Virus record (IMG/VR): IMGVR_UViG_3300008459_000379
Location: 1 to 24,413 of that record
Strand: one strand, 5' to 3'
DNA length: 24,413 bases
Source of the DNA: a virus
Lineage: Duplodnaviria > Caudoviricetes
Shown here: positions 7,956-16,994 of the stretch, piece by piece
Layout of the letters: each line of letters begins with the position of its first letter
How positions within the stretch are numbered: position 1 is the first letter of the stretch
Position numbers and translations under genes: made by a program
The notes under the pieces: model-generated
Seen by the model: the letters and a program-made list of their open reading frames with translations, nothing else
What the model was told of the DNA's origin: nothing
Database searches by the model: none

Positions 7956-8357
7956 TTACGCTCTAACAAAATCAATATTTTGTAACGTACTTTCTAATGT
8001 AAATTGTCTTTTGTTATTTTGTTTAGCATCATACCATTTACTGGCAAATTGTTTTTGGTCATCAGAGTCCATACAATAAGATTTTCTAATTGTCCAATCC
8101 TGGCTATTTCCAACACAAATTTCTCCGTTAGAATTCCATAAACCTTTAACCACCAAATATTGGTCTCTACCATTTTGTTCAGGAAATTTCATTTTCCATT
8201 TAACACCTTCAATTTCTAAAAGACCGTATTCAGCTAGTTTGATTGGTACCCAATTGTCAATTTTTTCATCTTCATTTAGTAATCTTTTATTTTCGCTGAT
8301 TACTTTTTTAACTAATCTAACGATATCTGATTCGGTTAATCTAACAACTTTTTTCAT
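7956..8357 (-). CDS. Leader-bearing hypothetical protein (MKKVVRLTESDIVRLVKKVISE)
   Basis: Start revised; TATTTAT 8374-8380. Confidence 0.75.
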   Translation of the reverse strand: MKKVVRLTESDIVRLVKKVISENKRLLNEDEKIDNWVPIKLAEYGLLEIEGVKWKMKFPEQNGRDQYLVVKGLWNSNGEICVGNSQDWTIRKSYCMDSDDQKQFASKWYDAKQNNKRQFTLESTLQNIDFVRA

Positions 8358-8434
8358 AATTTTAATTTTATTAATAAATATCAATATGGATAGAAAAATT
8401 TTTCAATATCAAAAAAAAACACTATATTTGTAAT

Positions 8435-8941
8435 ATGAAAAAGATAATCCTACCAATTCTAATACTTTCAGTGATTCTAATGAGTTTCACTTACAATGTT
8501 TTTTCATATAAAGTGATTAAAGTTATTGACTCATCCCCCCAACAATTTACAAAAAATGTAAATTATAAGAGTAACAACTTAGAGTCAATTATGACTTTTT
8601 GTCTTAATCAAACAAAAAATGATTTAGAGTTTTCTTTAAGTAGTAAACAAAATAACAGTGTCCCGTACATTTCTAAATCAAAACAAGCAAACTGTATCGG
8701 TTACACTAATTACTATAATTCTATGTTATCTAAATGTCTTTCAGAGAATAACATAGACTACGTTGAGATTACCCACGTAAGAGCTCTTGTTTTTATGGAC
8801 GGTATTAATATGCACCAATTCAGTAATGACCCATCGTTTAAAGACCACGACATTTCAATTGTTAAAAATAAAAAAACAGGTGAAGTGTACTATGTTGACG
8901 CTAGTTTATCGGAAATGTTTGGTAATATTATCGTTAAATAA
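8435..8941 (+). CDS. Exported protein with possible transglutaminase-like Cys-His-Asp triad
   Basis: N-terminal signal-like stretch; ANCIGY, DHD, YYVDAS; TATATTTG 8423-8430. Confidence 0.6.
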   Translation: MKKIILPILILSVILMSFTYNVFSYKVIKVIDSSPQQFTKNVNYKSNNLESIMTFCLNQTKNDLEFSLSSKQNNSVPYISKSKQANCIGYTNYYNSMLSKCLSENNIDYVEITHVRALVFMDGINMHQFSNDPSFKDHDISIVKNKKTGEVYYVDASLSEMFGNIIVK

Positions 8942-8942
8942 A

Positions 8943-10301
8943 TTACTGAACAAACGAACTATCTTGATTACTTAAGTAATTACCAGCCTTTAACATACCC
9001 CAAAATTGGTTGTTATCGTTTTGTGTGATAGTGTAGTCATTACCTTTATATTTCATAACTAAATTACCATTTGATGTAGACCAAGAACCTGTTGTCTTAT
9101 CGTACACAGGTGAGAACGCCGACTTGTCTTTTTGTAAAACCAAAACTCCATCAGGATAAAAATCAACTAAAACATATGGTCTGTCAGTTGAGGAAGCGAC
9201 TTGTAATTTTTTATCGTCGTTTTTAGTCTTATGGAAATTATTCATTAATTTTTTAACTAATGGAAAATCTAATGCCGATGATTGAGGTTGATTAGTGTTA
9301 CCACCTTTAAGGTATTCCTGCCCATATTGTTTAAATGCTCTTTTGATATATGAATTTTTGTAACTACCACTTTTATCCAATTTATATTTTTTAGCCCATT
9401 CAGGGTATTTGGTATTAACCCATTGTCTAAATGCATCTCCTTCTTGTTTATTTTTAAATGGAAGTACGGTATTCGTAGTTGATTGTTGAGATGTACTAAC
9501 AACACTTTGAGCCCCTGCAGGTTTTTGAATAGTGTATCTAATTGGATATCCTGTATATCCACCTGTCTCTTTTAACGCAACTAATTTTCTAATAACACTA
9601 TATAAACTTGATTCACCTTTCCAAAACATACTTAAAGTATCCGAAAATTGTTTTAAAACTTCATCTTTAGGTAAGTTAAACGCATTAAAATCATAGTTAT
9701 CAATAATTTCAATTTTATTGTCATCAATTTTTTTAACTCCTCCTTTTGAAATCTCTCCTAACGTATACATAAACTCTCCCGCCAATCCAGGATTTGATAA
9801 ACTTGCAGCTTGTGGGTTGTTTTTTAATCTTTCAGTTTCAGATTTAATACCTTCAGGAGTAATCGCAGTTGGTAAATTTTGAGCTCCTAATGTTCTCCAC
9901 ATATCATATTTAAAACCATTTTTTAATCCGTATTTAGTTGCGACATCCCATAAGTAAGTTTTCTCACCACTCTTTAACATTGATTCGTTTTTAGTTTCGG
10001 TAGTACCAATAAGGTAATAATAAAGAGCCCTTAAGTGTAAAGGTAAGTTACTTATCACTAAGTTATTCAATGACAAATTAGATACCACATACTTTGTGAA
10101 GGTTGCCAATGAATTGATAAAATCTCTGGATGCCTGCATTTGTTTTTCAGATTCTTCAGGAGTTTGTTGACTTCTTTCCAAATACCTCTCGTATGCGGTC
10201 TGTTCATTAATTAAATTAAGATACAAATTTTTTGTTGAGCTCTTATGCATCTCCAAAATTCTTGTCTTTTCATCTTCGGGTATTAAAAATTGATTTTTCA
10301 T
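8943..10301 (-). CDS. Leader-bearing multidomain protein (MKNQFLIPEDEKTRILEMH...INEQ), possible virion protein
   Basis: 452-aa ORF with S/T/Q linkers; TATTTAT 10307-10313. Confidence 0.75.
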   Translation of the reverse strand: MKNQFLIPEDEKTRILEMHKSSTKNLYLNLINEQTAYERYLERSQQTPEESEKQMQASRDFINSLATFTKYVVSNLSLNNLVISNLPLHLRALYYYLIGTTETKNESMLKSGEKTYLWDVATKYGLKNGFKYDMWRTLGAQNLPTAITPEGIKSETERLKNNPQAASLSNPGLAGEFMYTLGEISKGGVKKIDDNKIEIIDNYDFNAFNLPKDEVLKQFSDTLSMFWKGESSLYSVIRKLVALKETGGYTGYPIRYTIQKPAGAQSVVSTSQQSTTNTVLPFKNKQEGDAFRQWVNTKYPEWAKKYKLDKSGSYKNSYIKRAFKQYGQEYLKGGNTNQPQSSALDFPLVKKLMNNFHKTKNDDKKLQVASSTDRPYVLVDFYPDGVLVLQKDKSAFSPVYDKTTGSWSTSNGNLVMKYKGNDYTITQNDNNQFWGMLKAGNYLSNQDSSFVQ

Positions 10302-10384
10302 ATTATATAAATATATCGTAGTTTAATATAGATTTTTTAAAAAAAAAATGTATTTATTATTAATAAATTTTTATTTTTAAGATA

Positions 10385-10996
10385 GTGAGTATATCCCCTG
10401 AAATTATAGTTGCCTTCATTACAGGCGTATTAGGACCAATATCAATTATGTTTGTTAAAAACTTTTTGGATAAAAGAAAAAAGAAACCAGACTTGGTTCA
10501 AGAAACATTAAAAGTAAGTGAATTAATCACATCAAAAATCGAGCATATTAAAGAAGAATTTAAAGCTGACAGAGTTTGGATTACTCAATTCCACAACGGA
10601 GGTAACTTTTATCCGACAGGTAAATCAATGGCTAAGTTTAGTGTTATGTATGAGACCGTTGGAGTAGGTGTAAATTCAATACAATCAAATTTCCATAACA
10701 TTCCTGTTAATTTATTCAGCAAATCAATTAATCAACTATTAGAAAACGATGTCATCGAAATTCCTGATTTTAAAGATGAGTCAATCTCAACATTTGGTTT
10801 AAAATATATTGCGGAAGAAAGTGGTTGTAAATCAGGTTATTTATTTGCAATCAAATCTATTGATGACAAATTCATCGGGACATTAGGTTTAGATTATACA
10901 AAACGTAAGACTAAACTTGATATGGAATCTATTAATCATTTAGAAGTACACGCGACCTCATTAGGTGGTGTTTTAATGTCTCACTTATCTAAATAA
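10385..10996 (+). CDS. N-terminal TM + GAF-like domain protein (T4 holin T-like architecture)
   Basis: TM IIVAFITGVLGPISIMFV; ADRVWI.QFHNG...IGTLGLDY; GTG start. Confidence 0.65.
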   Translation: MSISPEIIVAFITGVLGPISIMFVKNFLDKRKKKPDLVQETLKVSELITSKIEHIKEEFKADRVWITQFHNGGNFYPTGKSMAKFSVMYETVGVGVNSIQSNFHNIPVNLFSKSINQLLENDVIEIPDFKDESISTFGLKYIAEESGCKSGYLFAIKSIDDKFIGTLGLDYTKRKTKLDMESINHLEVHATSLGGVLMSHLSK

Positions 10997-10997
10997 T

Positions 10998-11519
10998 TTA
11001 TCTAAGATTAACTATATAATCTTTTGGTATTATTTTTTCAATTTCCTCTTCTCTGATTTCTTTTTCAAAATTAAAATCGGTCCAATCAATCCCATTTAAT
11101 TTTGTTGGTACTACCCATATTGCCTTTTCTCTAAGACCTTTATCGTTAAAATCGGCCCAATCCCCACCTAATTCTATTGACATATCACTTATAAATGTCA
11201 TAAGTTTGGTGAGTTCTGACCTATCGGTAATTTCAGGAACCTCAACCGCAACTGCCGATTCGTATAAATCATCCTCAGGGGAAGTAACGTCGTAAGTTAA
11301 TACCCTAAATGGTAATTTGTATGATTTAAACTCTTTATCACCGTGGACACTAAAATATATACTCCCACCCAACTTAGAGTCAACTAATGCGTTTAAATAA
11401 GGGTATTTTGAAATCTTTTCTCTAAATTTTTTGAGTCCTCCAAAATGTTCAGCAATAGTAATAATTGATGAACCTTTATCAATTAGATTTATAATTTTTT
11501 GAGAAAAGTTATCGGACAT
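10998..11519 (-). CDS. Hypothetical protein
   Basis: 173-aa ORF coupled (TAATG) to the upstream gene. Confidence 0.75.
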   Translation of the reverse strand: MSDNFSQKIINLIDKGSSIITIAEHFGGLKKFREKISKYPYLNALVDSKLGGSIYFSVHGDKEFKSYKLPFRVLTYDVTSPEDDLYESAVAVEVPEITDRSELTKLMTFISDMSIELGGDWADFNDKGLREKAIWVVPTKLNGIDWTDFNFEKEIREEEIEKIIPKDYIVNLR

Positions 11520-12208
11520 TACTTTTTATTGAGTAATTGTAATACAGCGTCTGCAGTATATGGTCCAAATCTACCATCTTTACCTTTAGGCCCTAATGCA
11601 TCACCAAGTCCCGCATCAATTACTTTTTGTTGAATTTGTGCAACTTTATTCTCAGATGGAGTTTCAGTAGATGTTTGAGTAGGTTCACCACCTTGTTCAG
11701 TACTTGTTGTTTGTTCTGTACCTGATGATTGCTGTCCTGAAATAAAACCTTTTAATGAGTTAATTTCAGTGTCCCCGATATACCCAGCTTTAAATTTATT
11801 AGGGTTTGATGTAATATACTGAGCAATTTGTGATTGTAAGGATTTTTCAGAAATTGACCCTGAAAAAGTTTTACCGTCGGATAAAGTTATTTTAACATTT
11901 TTATCGTCGGCAGTCCATTGACCTGTAGTCGCCGCTGGGGCACCTGTACCTGTATTTTTAATATCAAAATATCCATTATTACAAACATTAGAAATGATAT
12001 TACTTCTAAGTTTACCGTCATAGATTGTAGTCTGCCAGCAATCACCTTCTTTGTCGGGTTGAGAGAATCCAATAGTTTTTGCAACTGTCTCAGATGAAGT
12101 TTTTTGTCCTGATGGATACAATGTACTGTTAAAAATATCCATAGCGGTTTGCTCGTAAAGATTCTTGATTCTTTTTCTTTCGTCTTCGGTAATAATAAAT
12201 TTTTTCAT
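11519..12208 (-). CDS. Leader-bearing protein with C-terminal peptidoglycan-binding-like domain
   Basis: MKKFIITEDERKRIKNLYEQ leader; VAQIQQK...DGRFGPYTADAV matches the DG.FG..T..A motif. Confidence 0.75.
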   Translation of the reverse strand: MKKFIITEDERKRIKNLYEQTAMDIFNSTLYPSGQKTSSETVAKTIGFSQPDKEGDCWQTTIYDGKLRSNIISNVCNNGYFDIKNTGTGAPAATTGQWTADDKNVKITLSDGKTFSGSISEKSLQSQIAQYITSNPNKFKAGYIGDTEINSLKGFISGQQSSGTEQTTSTEQGGEPTQTSTETPSENKVAQIQQKVIDAGLGDALGPKGKDGRFGPYTADAVLQLLNKK

Positions 12209-12229
12209 ACCAATAAATATTATGAAAAA

Positions 12230-12421
12230 TTAAAAGTTGCTCATCATCTTTTGAATTTCAGATTCAATCATACCTTGACTATATTCTAATTTCTTAATTT
12301 CATTAAGTTGTGATTGATTTAATTCAAAATTTTGTCCCTTGATTGACGCGATTTGATTACCTAAAATGGTGTGTTCATTTAAAAGGTAACTATACCTTTG
12401 AGCTAAAGCTTCTCTGTCCAT
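12230..12421 (-). CDS. Small coiled-coil hypothetical protein
   Basis: 63 aa; TATTTAT 12436-12442. Confidence 0.7.
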   Translation of the reverse strand: MDREALAQRYSYLLNEHTILGNQIASIKGQNFELNQSQLNEIKKLEYSQGMIESEIQKMMSNF

Positions 12422-12475
12422 AATAATTGTTTTTTATAAATATAAATGATGTTTAAGAATAAAGAATAGTTAAAT

Positions 12476-12502
12476 AAAAAACCCCTCACTTGGAGGGGTT
12501 TT
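12476..12502 (-). terminator. Intrinsic terminator
   Basis: AAAAAACCCCTC-ACTTG-GAGGGGTTTT. Confidence 0.85.
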
Positions 12503-12504
12503 GA

Positions 12505-12654
12505 TTACTTTTCAGTTAGGAACGTTTTAACATCTCCTGATTTTGTTTCAATCAGTTTTTTGAAATTTTCAATGACAATTTTTTTACCACCTTCGTGTTG
12601 TTCACGAATTGCGTTTTTTGTCTCCTCAGATAAATCGTTTAATAAATGTTTCAT
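12505..12654 (-). CDS. 49-aa leader-only protein MKHLLNDLSEETKNAIREQHEGGKKIVIENFKKLIETKSGDVKTFLTEK
   Basis: Hand translation; paralog of the N-terminus of 15225..15629; TATTTAT 12672-12678; terminator right after the stop. Confidence 0.8.
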   Translation of the reverse strand: MKHLLNDLSEETKNAIREQHEGGKKIVIENFKKLIETKSGDVKTFLTEK

Positions 12655-12700
12655 AGTATAATAGTTTATATATAAATACATTAAAAAACTAAAAACTTTT

Positions 12701-12883
12701 TTAGTGAGGAGTACATTTATGATTTAATTGATTACCACCTTTGTTAACACGATGTGTCTTTCGGTGCATCGACTGACCTTGTTTTTTGTGTTTAGAATAA
12801 TTGTATCCTTTTTGGGTCTGACAAGATTGTAGAAATAAACCTAAAGAGAAAATTAAAATAAGAGATAGAATAGTTTTTTTCAT
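12701..12883 (-). CDS. Small basic lipoprotein
   Basis: Start revised to MKKTILSLILIFSLGLFLQSC (lipobox-like Cys). Confidence 0.75.
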   Translation of the reverse strand: MKKTILSLILIFSLGLFLQSCQTQKGYNYSKHKKQGQSMHRKTHRVNKGGNQLNHKCTPH

Positions 12884-12903
12884 ATGATTAGTGTTATATA
12901 ATA

Positions 12904-12934
12904 CAAATATATGATTTTTTTTATTTTTCACAAA
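12904..12934 (-). promoter_or_regulatory. Bacteroidota promoter TTTG-N19-TATATTTG
   Basis: Plus strand caaatata 12904-12911 and caaa 12931-12934. Confidence 0.75.
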
Positions 12935-12939
12935 TAATT

Positions 12940-13227
12940 TTAACAATTATCATAATGCTCGTAAATTAAAGGGTTGTGTCCCGAAAAATTTCTAAATAGG
13001 TTACCGTATTCATTTACAGTTTTACGTAAAAAATTACTTTGTTTCCCTCCGTCATTCAAATCAGTTAAATAGTTTCTGTCAAAAAAAATATTTAAAACAA
13101 ATCTATTCATCATATCATCATAATCAATCATAACATTACAGACACCATCATACGATTGTTTATTCAAAAATTTTGAGAATATTTTTATAATACCTTCGAC
13201 TTGGGATTCAGTAATAATAATTTTCAT
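12940..13227 (-). CDS. Leader-bearing hypothetical protein (MKIIITESQ)
   Basis: 95 aa, 1 nt from the upstream gene. Confidence 0.75.
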   Translation of the reverse strand: MKIIITESQVEGIIKIFSKFLNKQSYDGVCNVMIDYDDMMNRFVLNIFFDRNYLTDLNDGGKQSNFLRKTVNEYGNLFRNFSGHNPLIYEHYDNC

Positions 13228-13228
13228 A

Positions 13229-13564
13229 TTAATTACCCATTCCTGATTTTGCCAACTTTGTTAGGTTGTCATATATTTTACTTAAATCCCCTTTAGTTGC
13301 AGCATTTACTAATACGTCATACTGACTACCCAATTGTTGTTTGTAGTTACCAATAGAATCAACTACACCTTTACTATCGCCAGTTAAACAATCCCATATA
13401 ATACCTCCAATAACATTTGATGGTAAAACTTTTACCGCCAATTTAATTGCGTTATATAAAATTTCACCCATATTCGCAGAAGTACCAACAAATGTTTGTT
13501 CTTGGATGACTCTTGTCACAATTCTTGTAACGTCTGATTCTGATAGTTTAACAATTTTTTTCAT
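13229..13564 (-). CDS. Leader-bearing hypothetical protein (MKKIVKLSESDVTRIVTRVIQEQ)
   Basis: Start revised; TATTTAT 4 nt upstream. Confidence 0.75.
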   Translation of the reverse strand: MKKIVKLSESDVTRIVTRVIQEQTFVGTSANMGEILYNAIKLAVKVLPSNVIGGIIWDCLTGDSKGVVDSIGNYKQQLGSQYDVLVNAATKGDLSKIYDNLTKLAKSGMGN

Positions 13565-13586
13565 AATTATAAATATATCAAAAAAC

Positions 13587-13611
13587 AAAAAACCCCTGAG
13601 AATAGGGGTTT
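13587..13611 (-). terminator. Intrinsic terminator
   Basis: AAAAAACCCCT-GAGAAT-AGGGGTTT. Confidence 0.8.
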
Positions 13612-13619
13612 AAGATATA

Positions 13620-14120
13620 TTACTCGACATCTTCGTACTTGTACCCCAAAGGAACAGGTGGAGTAAAACTCATATCATACTCCTCAAGTTCTTTCTTATA
13701 CTCATCAATTCTTTCACGTGTGAAAATAGGAGCAAAAAGTGGTCGTCTACTGAACGGAACATTGTCTCGGTTATCCCACTCTTCAAGTTCCTTTTCCATA
13801 TTAGGAATACTCTTAGTTAGATAATCCCATTCTTTCCAAGCTTTATACTCTTCTTCCGACTTGACGTAATACACTCCACCATAGTTTTGTAAATTCAAAT
13901 CAGGATTGGTTGTATAAACATCAACAATACCTTCATCACCATCGTATTGATAACATAACTGATTAAGAACATATGTGTTACTTGGACGCTCAGTCCAACT
14001 TCTTCCATAAGAACGAACTTTACATAGATACAAAAATCCGTCATCTATGAAATTAAGACGGTTTTCAATTTCATCTCTTAATTTAACAAGTTCTTCAAAA
14101 GTGTGGTTATCTAAATTCAT
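13620..14120 (-). CDS. Hypothetical protein (start revised to MNLDNHTF)
   Basis: TTTG-N20-TATATTTG promoter (14125-14156) ends 4 nt before the ATG. Confidence 0.75.
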   Translation of the reverse strand: MNLDNHTFEELVKLRDEIENRLNFIDDGFLYLCKVRSYGRSWTERPSNTYVLNQLCYQYDGDEGIVDVYTTNPDLNLQNYGGVYYVKSEEEYKAWKEWDYLTKSIPNMEKELEEWDNRDNVPFSRRPLFAPIFTRERIDEYKKELEEYDMSFTPPVPLGYKYEDVE

Positions 14121-14136
14121 AGGACAAATATATAAC

Positions 14137-14166
14137 AAAAAACCCCATCAAACAAATGATGGGGTT
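14137..14166 (-). terminator. Intrinsic terminator
   Basis: AACCCCATCA-AACAAA-TGATGGGGTT with A-tract on the plus strand. Confidence 0.85.
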
Positions 14167-14184
14167 CATAATTAATAATTTTTA

Positions 14185-15201
14185 TTATCCTTTTTTCCAA
14201 GTACTTCTCCTAATATATTCTCCTGTTGTGGTATTTTGTTTAAAATCATCTTCTTTAACCATAACATACCCGCCAGCGTTAAGTCTCCTCTTATCATCAT
14301 TATACATTGTATCTAAATTTTGTCTTTGTGTACTTTTTTTAACTAAACAAATATCATATCCACTTTGGGACTTACAAAAATCTTCAGATACTTTATCTTT
14401 ATCACTTTTATAAATAATACTTTTCAACTCATCTACAGTTGTTGTTGTTGTCGTTGTACTACCTGCATTGTCGTTTTTACTTGAGGTAACAGGTGTATTT
14501 GTTGGTTTGTTAGGATTATAACTTGTGTTATTGTAAAGTTCTTCTTGACTTTCCGGTGTACTTGTTACATCGTTTAAATATCTAACATAGGGACGACCAA
14601 TTGGAGTTAGAAAATTATAAGTTTCTTTAGTGAATGGTTGACCTTCAGTTGCCGAATAAAATTTAAACCCACCAATTGGCATATCTACTAACTCAGTAGG
14701 GTACTTTTGTTTTATCTCATCAACAGTAAGGTTTGTACCAATACCCGTCATATCAATACCTTTTGACATTCCAACCTTATCTACATATTTTCCAAATGTT
14801 TTGAATGATGGCATTTTAGTAAATAATTGTGTTATAATACTCTCAACGTCCGGACCATAAGCACTAACAACATCTGTCGGTGTTGTTGTTGCGGTAGTCG
14901 GTGCCGTTGTATTAGTCTGTCCTGCGGCTTTAGTCTGAGTTTTTCCAGGTAACTTTAATTTCTGACCGACACGAATTAAATTGACATTTTTAATTTGATT
15001 TAAAGTTGCAATTTCTCTCCAATTCAGTCCCAATTTTTGGCCAATCTTACTTAATGTATCACCTCTTTGAACTGTATATTCTTCGTTTGAGGTTTGTTCA
15101 CTAATCATTTGTTGGTTATTAAACCTTTCATTCAGAAGTCGTTCTTCAAGTCTAAGATTCGCTTCTTGTATGTGTCTAATTTTACTATAACTTTTGTTCA
15201 T
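14185..15201 (-). CDS. LysM-domain protein with N-terminal leader
   Basis: YTVQRGDTLSKIG...IATLNQIKNVNLIRVGQKLKLP; leader ends ISEQ; Thr-rich linkers. Confidence 0.88.
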   Translation of the reverse strand: MNKSYSKIRHIQEANLRLEERLLNERFNNQQMISEQTSNEEYTVQRGDTLSKIGQKLGLNWREIATLNQIKNVNLIRVGQKLKLPGKTQTKAAGQTNTTAPTTATTTPTDVVSAYGPDVESIITQLFTKMPSFKTFGKYVDKVGMSKGIDMTGIGTNLTVDEIKQKYPTELVDMPIGGFKFYSATEGQPFTKETYNFLTPIGRPYVRYLNDVTSTPESQEELYNNTSYNPNKPTNTPVTSSKNDNAGSTTTTTTTVDELKSIIYKSDKDKVSEDFCKSQSGYDICLVKKSTQRQNLDTMYNDDKRRLNAGGYVMVKEDDFKQNTTTGEYIRRSTWKKG

Positions 15202-15224
15202 AATATTTTTAATTATTTTTATTG

Positions 15225-15629
15225 TTAAATAGAACTGTCGTATCTATCATCTAACTTTTCAATTGGAAATGGACCTACACCATATTTCCATCTTTCAGGA
15301 GAGACAACAAAAATTACCATCTTCCCATCAGATATTAATTTAACATTACCTTTAACATAATACTTATACGTTGGGTATTTTTTTATTAATTGTAACAATC
15401 GGTCTTTTTGTTGACCATTAGGTAATGAATTAATTTCCACTAATTGATAACCTTTTTGTATTAAAGGGTCGTTACTTGAGGTTTGTTCATTCAAGAATAA
15501 TTTTACATCTCCTGACTTAGTGTTAATTAATTTTGAAAAATTTTCCGTAACAACGTTCATTCCTCCGGTATGTTGTCTACGTATAGAGTTTTTTTCTTCC
15601 TCTGTTAAATTATTTAATAAATGTTTCAT
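15225..15629 (-). CDS. Leader-bearing hypothetical protein (MKHLLNNLTEEEK...FLNEQ)
   Basis: 134 aa; TATTTAT 15635-15641. Confidence 0.75.
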   Translation of the reverse strand: MKHLLNNLTEEEKNSIRRQHTGGMNVVTENFSKLINTKSGDVKLFLNEQTSSNDPLIQKGYQLVEINSLPNGQQKDRLLQLIKKYPTYKYYVKGNVKLISDGKMVIFVVSPERWKYGVGPFPIEKLDDRYDSSI

Positions 15630-15652
15630 AATATATAAATACCTCTTAAAAT

Positions 15653-15681
15653 AAAAACCCCCTTTATAGAAGGTGGTTTTT
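15653..15681 (-). terminator. Imperfect intrinsic terminator
   Basis: AAAAACCCCCTT...AAGGTGGTTTTT. Confidence 0.65.
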
Positions 15682-15692
15682 GTATCAGTAAA

Positions 15693-15767
15693 TTATAATT
15701 CACACCATCCAAGACATACCTTACCAAAGGTAATCTTTTGAACAAATTTGCAAATAAATCTTTTCAT
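15693..15767 (-). CDS. 24-aa Cys-containing peptide MKRFICKFVQKITFGKVCLGWCEL
   Basis: Hand translation; fills the gap between 15781 and the terminator. Confidence 0.55.
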   Translation of the reverse strand: MKRFICKFVQKITFGKVCLGWCEL

Positions 15768-15780
15768 AATAATATTTTAA

Positions 15781-16059
15781 TTACCAATTAAATCCCGTTA
15801 GAGCAGATAAACAAGCGACTCCCGCCCCCAACATTGTCCATACAACATCCTTCCATTCAGGTTTACCATCTACAGAATCATACATCTCTTTACCAAGAGC
15901 AAAGAACAATGATAGTAAAATACCGTTTTGTGAACCCAATGTGTAATTACCAATCAAAAAGATAATAGACCCATATAAAAAATGGTTAGCCTTATCACCA
16001 GGTATCACAAGAAATTCAATTACTCTCTGAAATAAATTCTTACCTTCAAATATGCTCAT
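15781..16059 (-). CDS. Small membrane protein (DK..HF..G...KE..D...D motif, VanZ-like)
   Basis: 92 aa with three hydrophobic segments; TATTTAT 16077-16083. Confidence 0.75.
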   Translation of the reverse strand: MSIFEGKNLFQRVIEFLVIPGDKANHFLYGSIIFLIGNYTLGSQNGILLSLFFALGKEMYDSVDGKPEWKDVVWTMLGAGVACLSALTGFNW

Positions 16060-16094
16060 AGTTTTAAATGTTTACTATAAATACATTATAAAAT

Positions 16095-16122
16095 AAAAAA
16101 CCCCACTACACAGGTGGGGTTT
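16095..16122 (-). terminator. Intrinsic terminator
   Basis: AAAAAACCCCAC-TACACAG-GTGGGGTTT. Confidence 0.85.
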
Positions 16123-16124
16123 AA

Positions 16125-16529
16125 TTATTTCTTTTTCTTCTTTTTAATCCTGTATTTAAATGCCTCATCATCCTCGCCGTTACCTTCTTCATCCATAAAA
16201 AGACAATCAATATCTAATCCAGTTAATTTTGAGAAGTGGTCAATCATCAATTTTGCAAATAATTTTTTTCTAAAAAGTGGTGCGAAATCTTTCAATTTAT
16301 CAATAGTGCTAGTGTAAATCATAAGTTCGTATTTACATTTTTTCGTTATCATATGACTTGATGAACTTATAATCCATCCCATTTCTTCACCACCAACTGA
16401 AAAATCCAAACTATCATCATCATCATCATCATCACCACTGGTTCTATCAAACTCAACGTCTTTGAAAAAGATGTTAATTAATCTATTTACAACTTTTGTG
16501 TATTGTTCTTTTGTAATTTTATACTTCAT
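16125..16529 (-). CDS. Leader-bearing hypothetical protein (MKYKITKEQY), poly-Asp and poly-Lys tracts
   Basis: Start revised; TATTTAT 6 nt upstream. Confidence 0.75.
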   Translation of the reverse strand: MKYKITKEQYTKVVNRLINIFFKDVEFDRTSGDDDDDDDSLDFSVGGEEMGWIISSSSHMITKKCKYELMIYTSTIDKLKDFAPLFRKKLFAKLMIDHFSKLTGLDIDCLFMDEEGNGEDDEAFKYRIKKKKKK

Positions 16530-16535
16530 ACAAAT

Positions 16536-16596
16536 ATAAATACCCATCTAAATAAAAAAAGGGGGTAGGGGGGATTGGAACAACGGAAAAAAATTA
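16536..16596. repeat. G-rich intergenic repeat, copy 1 of 5
   Basis: ATAAATAC...AAAAAAAGGGGGTAGGGGGGATTGGAACAACGGAAAAAAATTA. Confidence 0.9.
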
Positions 16597-16932
16597 TTTT
16601 TCAACATTCATAAAGTTAACACCAATGAGACCTTTTCTTTCAGGGTCAACATATTCAATCATACTTTTAAATTTAATTTCCACAACGTTAACATAAGCTC
16701 CAACAACGTCTTTCTTTTTTTCTTTTCTAAGTTCAGGTGTGTACTTTAAAAACTTTGGTATATCAGGGATACTATAAACATCAACATAATACTTATGATA
16801 TTCATATGGGTCACCATATCTTACTTTAACCTTAAACTCAAACGGGTCGGTAATAAAATTATCAGTAATATACTTGTTTCCAAGATTATTGTATAACTTT
16901 GTTAAAATATTAGATAATTCAGTTAAATTCAT
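16594..16932 (-). CDS. Hypothetical protein
   Basis: 112 aa between repeat copies 1 and 2. Confidence 0.75.
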   Translation of the reverse strand: MNLTELSNILTKLYNNLGNKYITDNFITDPFEFKVKVRYGDPYEYHKYYVDVYSIPDIPKFLKYTPELRKEKKKDVVGAYVNVVEIKFKSMIEYVDPERKGLIGVNFMNVEK

Positions 16933-16938
16933 ATTACA

Positions 16939-16994
16939 ATAAATACATTAGAAATAAAAAGGGGGTTGGGGGATTGAACAACAGAGAAAAATTA
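16939..16994. repeat. G-rich intergenic repeat, copy 2
   Basis: ATAAATAC...AAAAAGGGGGTTGGGGGATTGAACAACAGAGAAAAATTA. Confidence 0.9.

Noticed and set aside
16413-16433. (ATC)n microsatellite encoding poly-Asp
   Set aside because: Short in-frame low-complexity tract with no phase-variation consequence.
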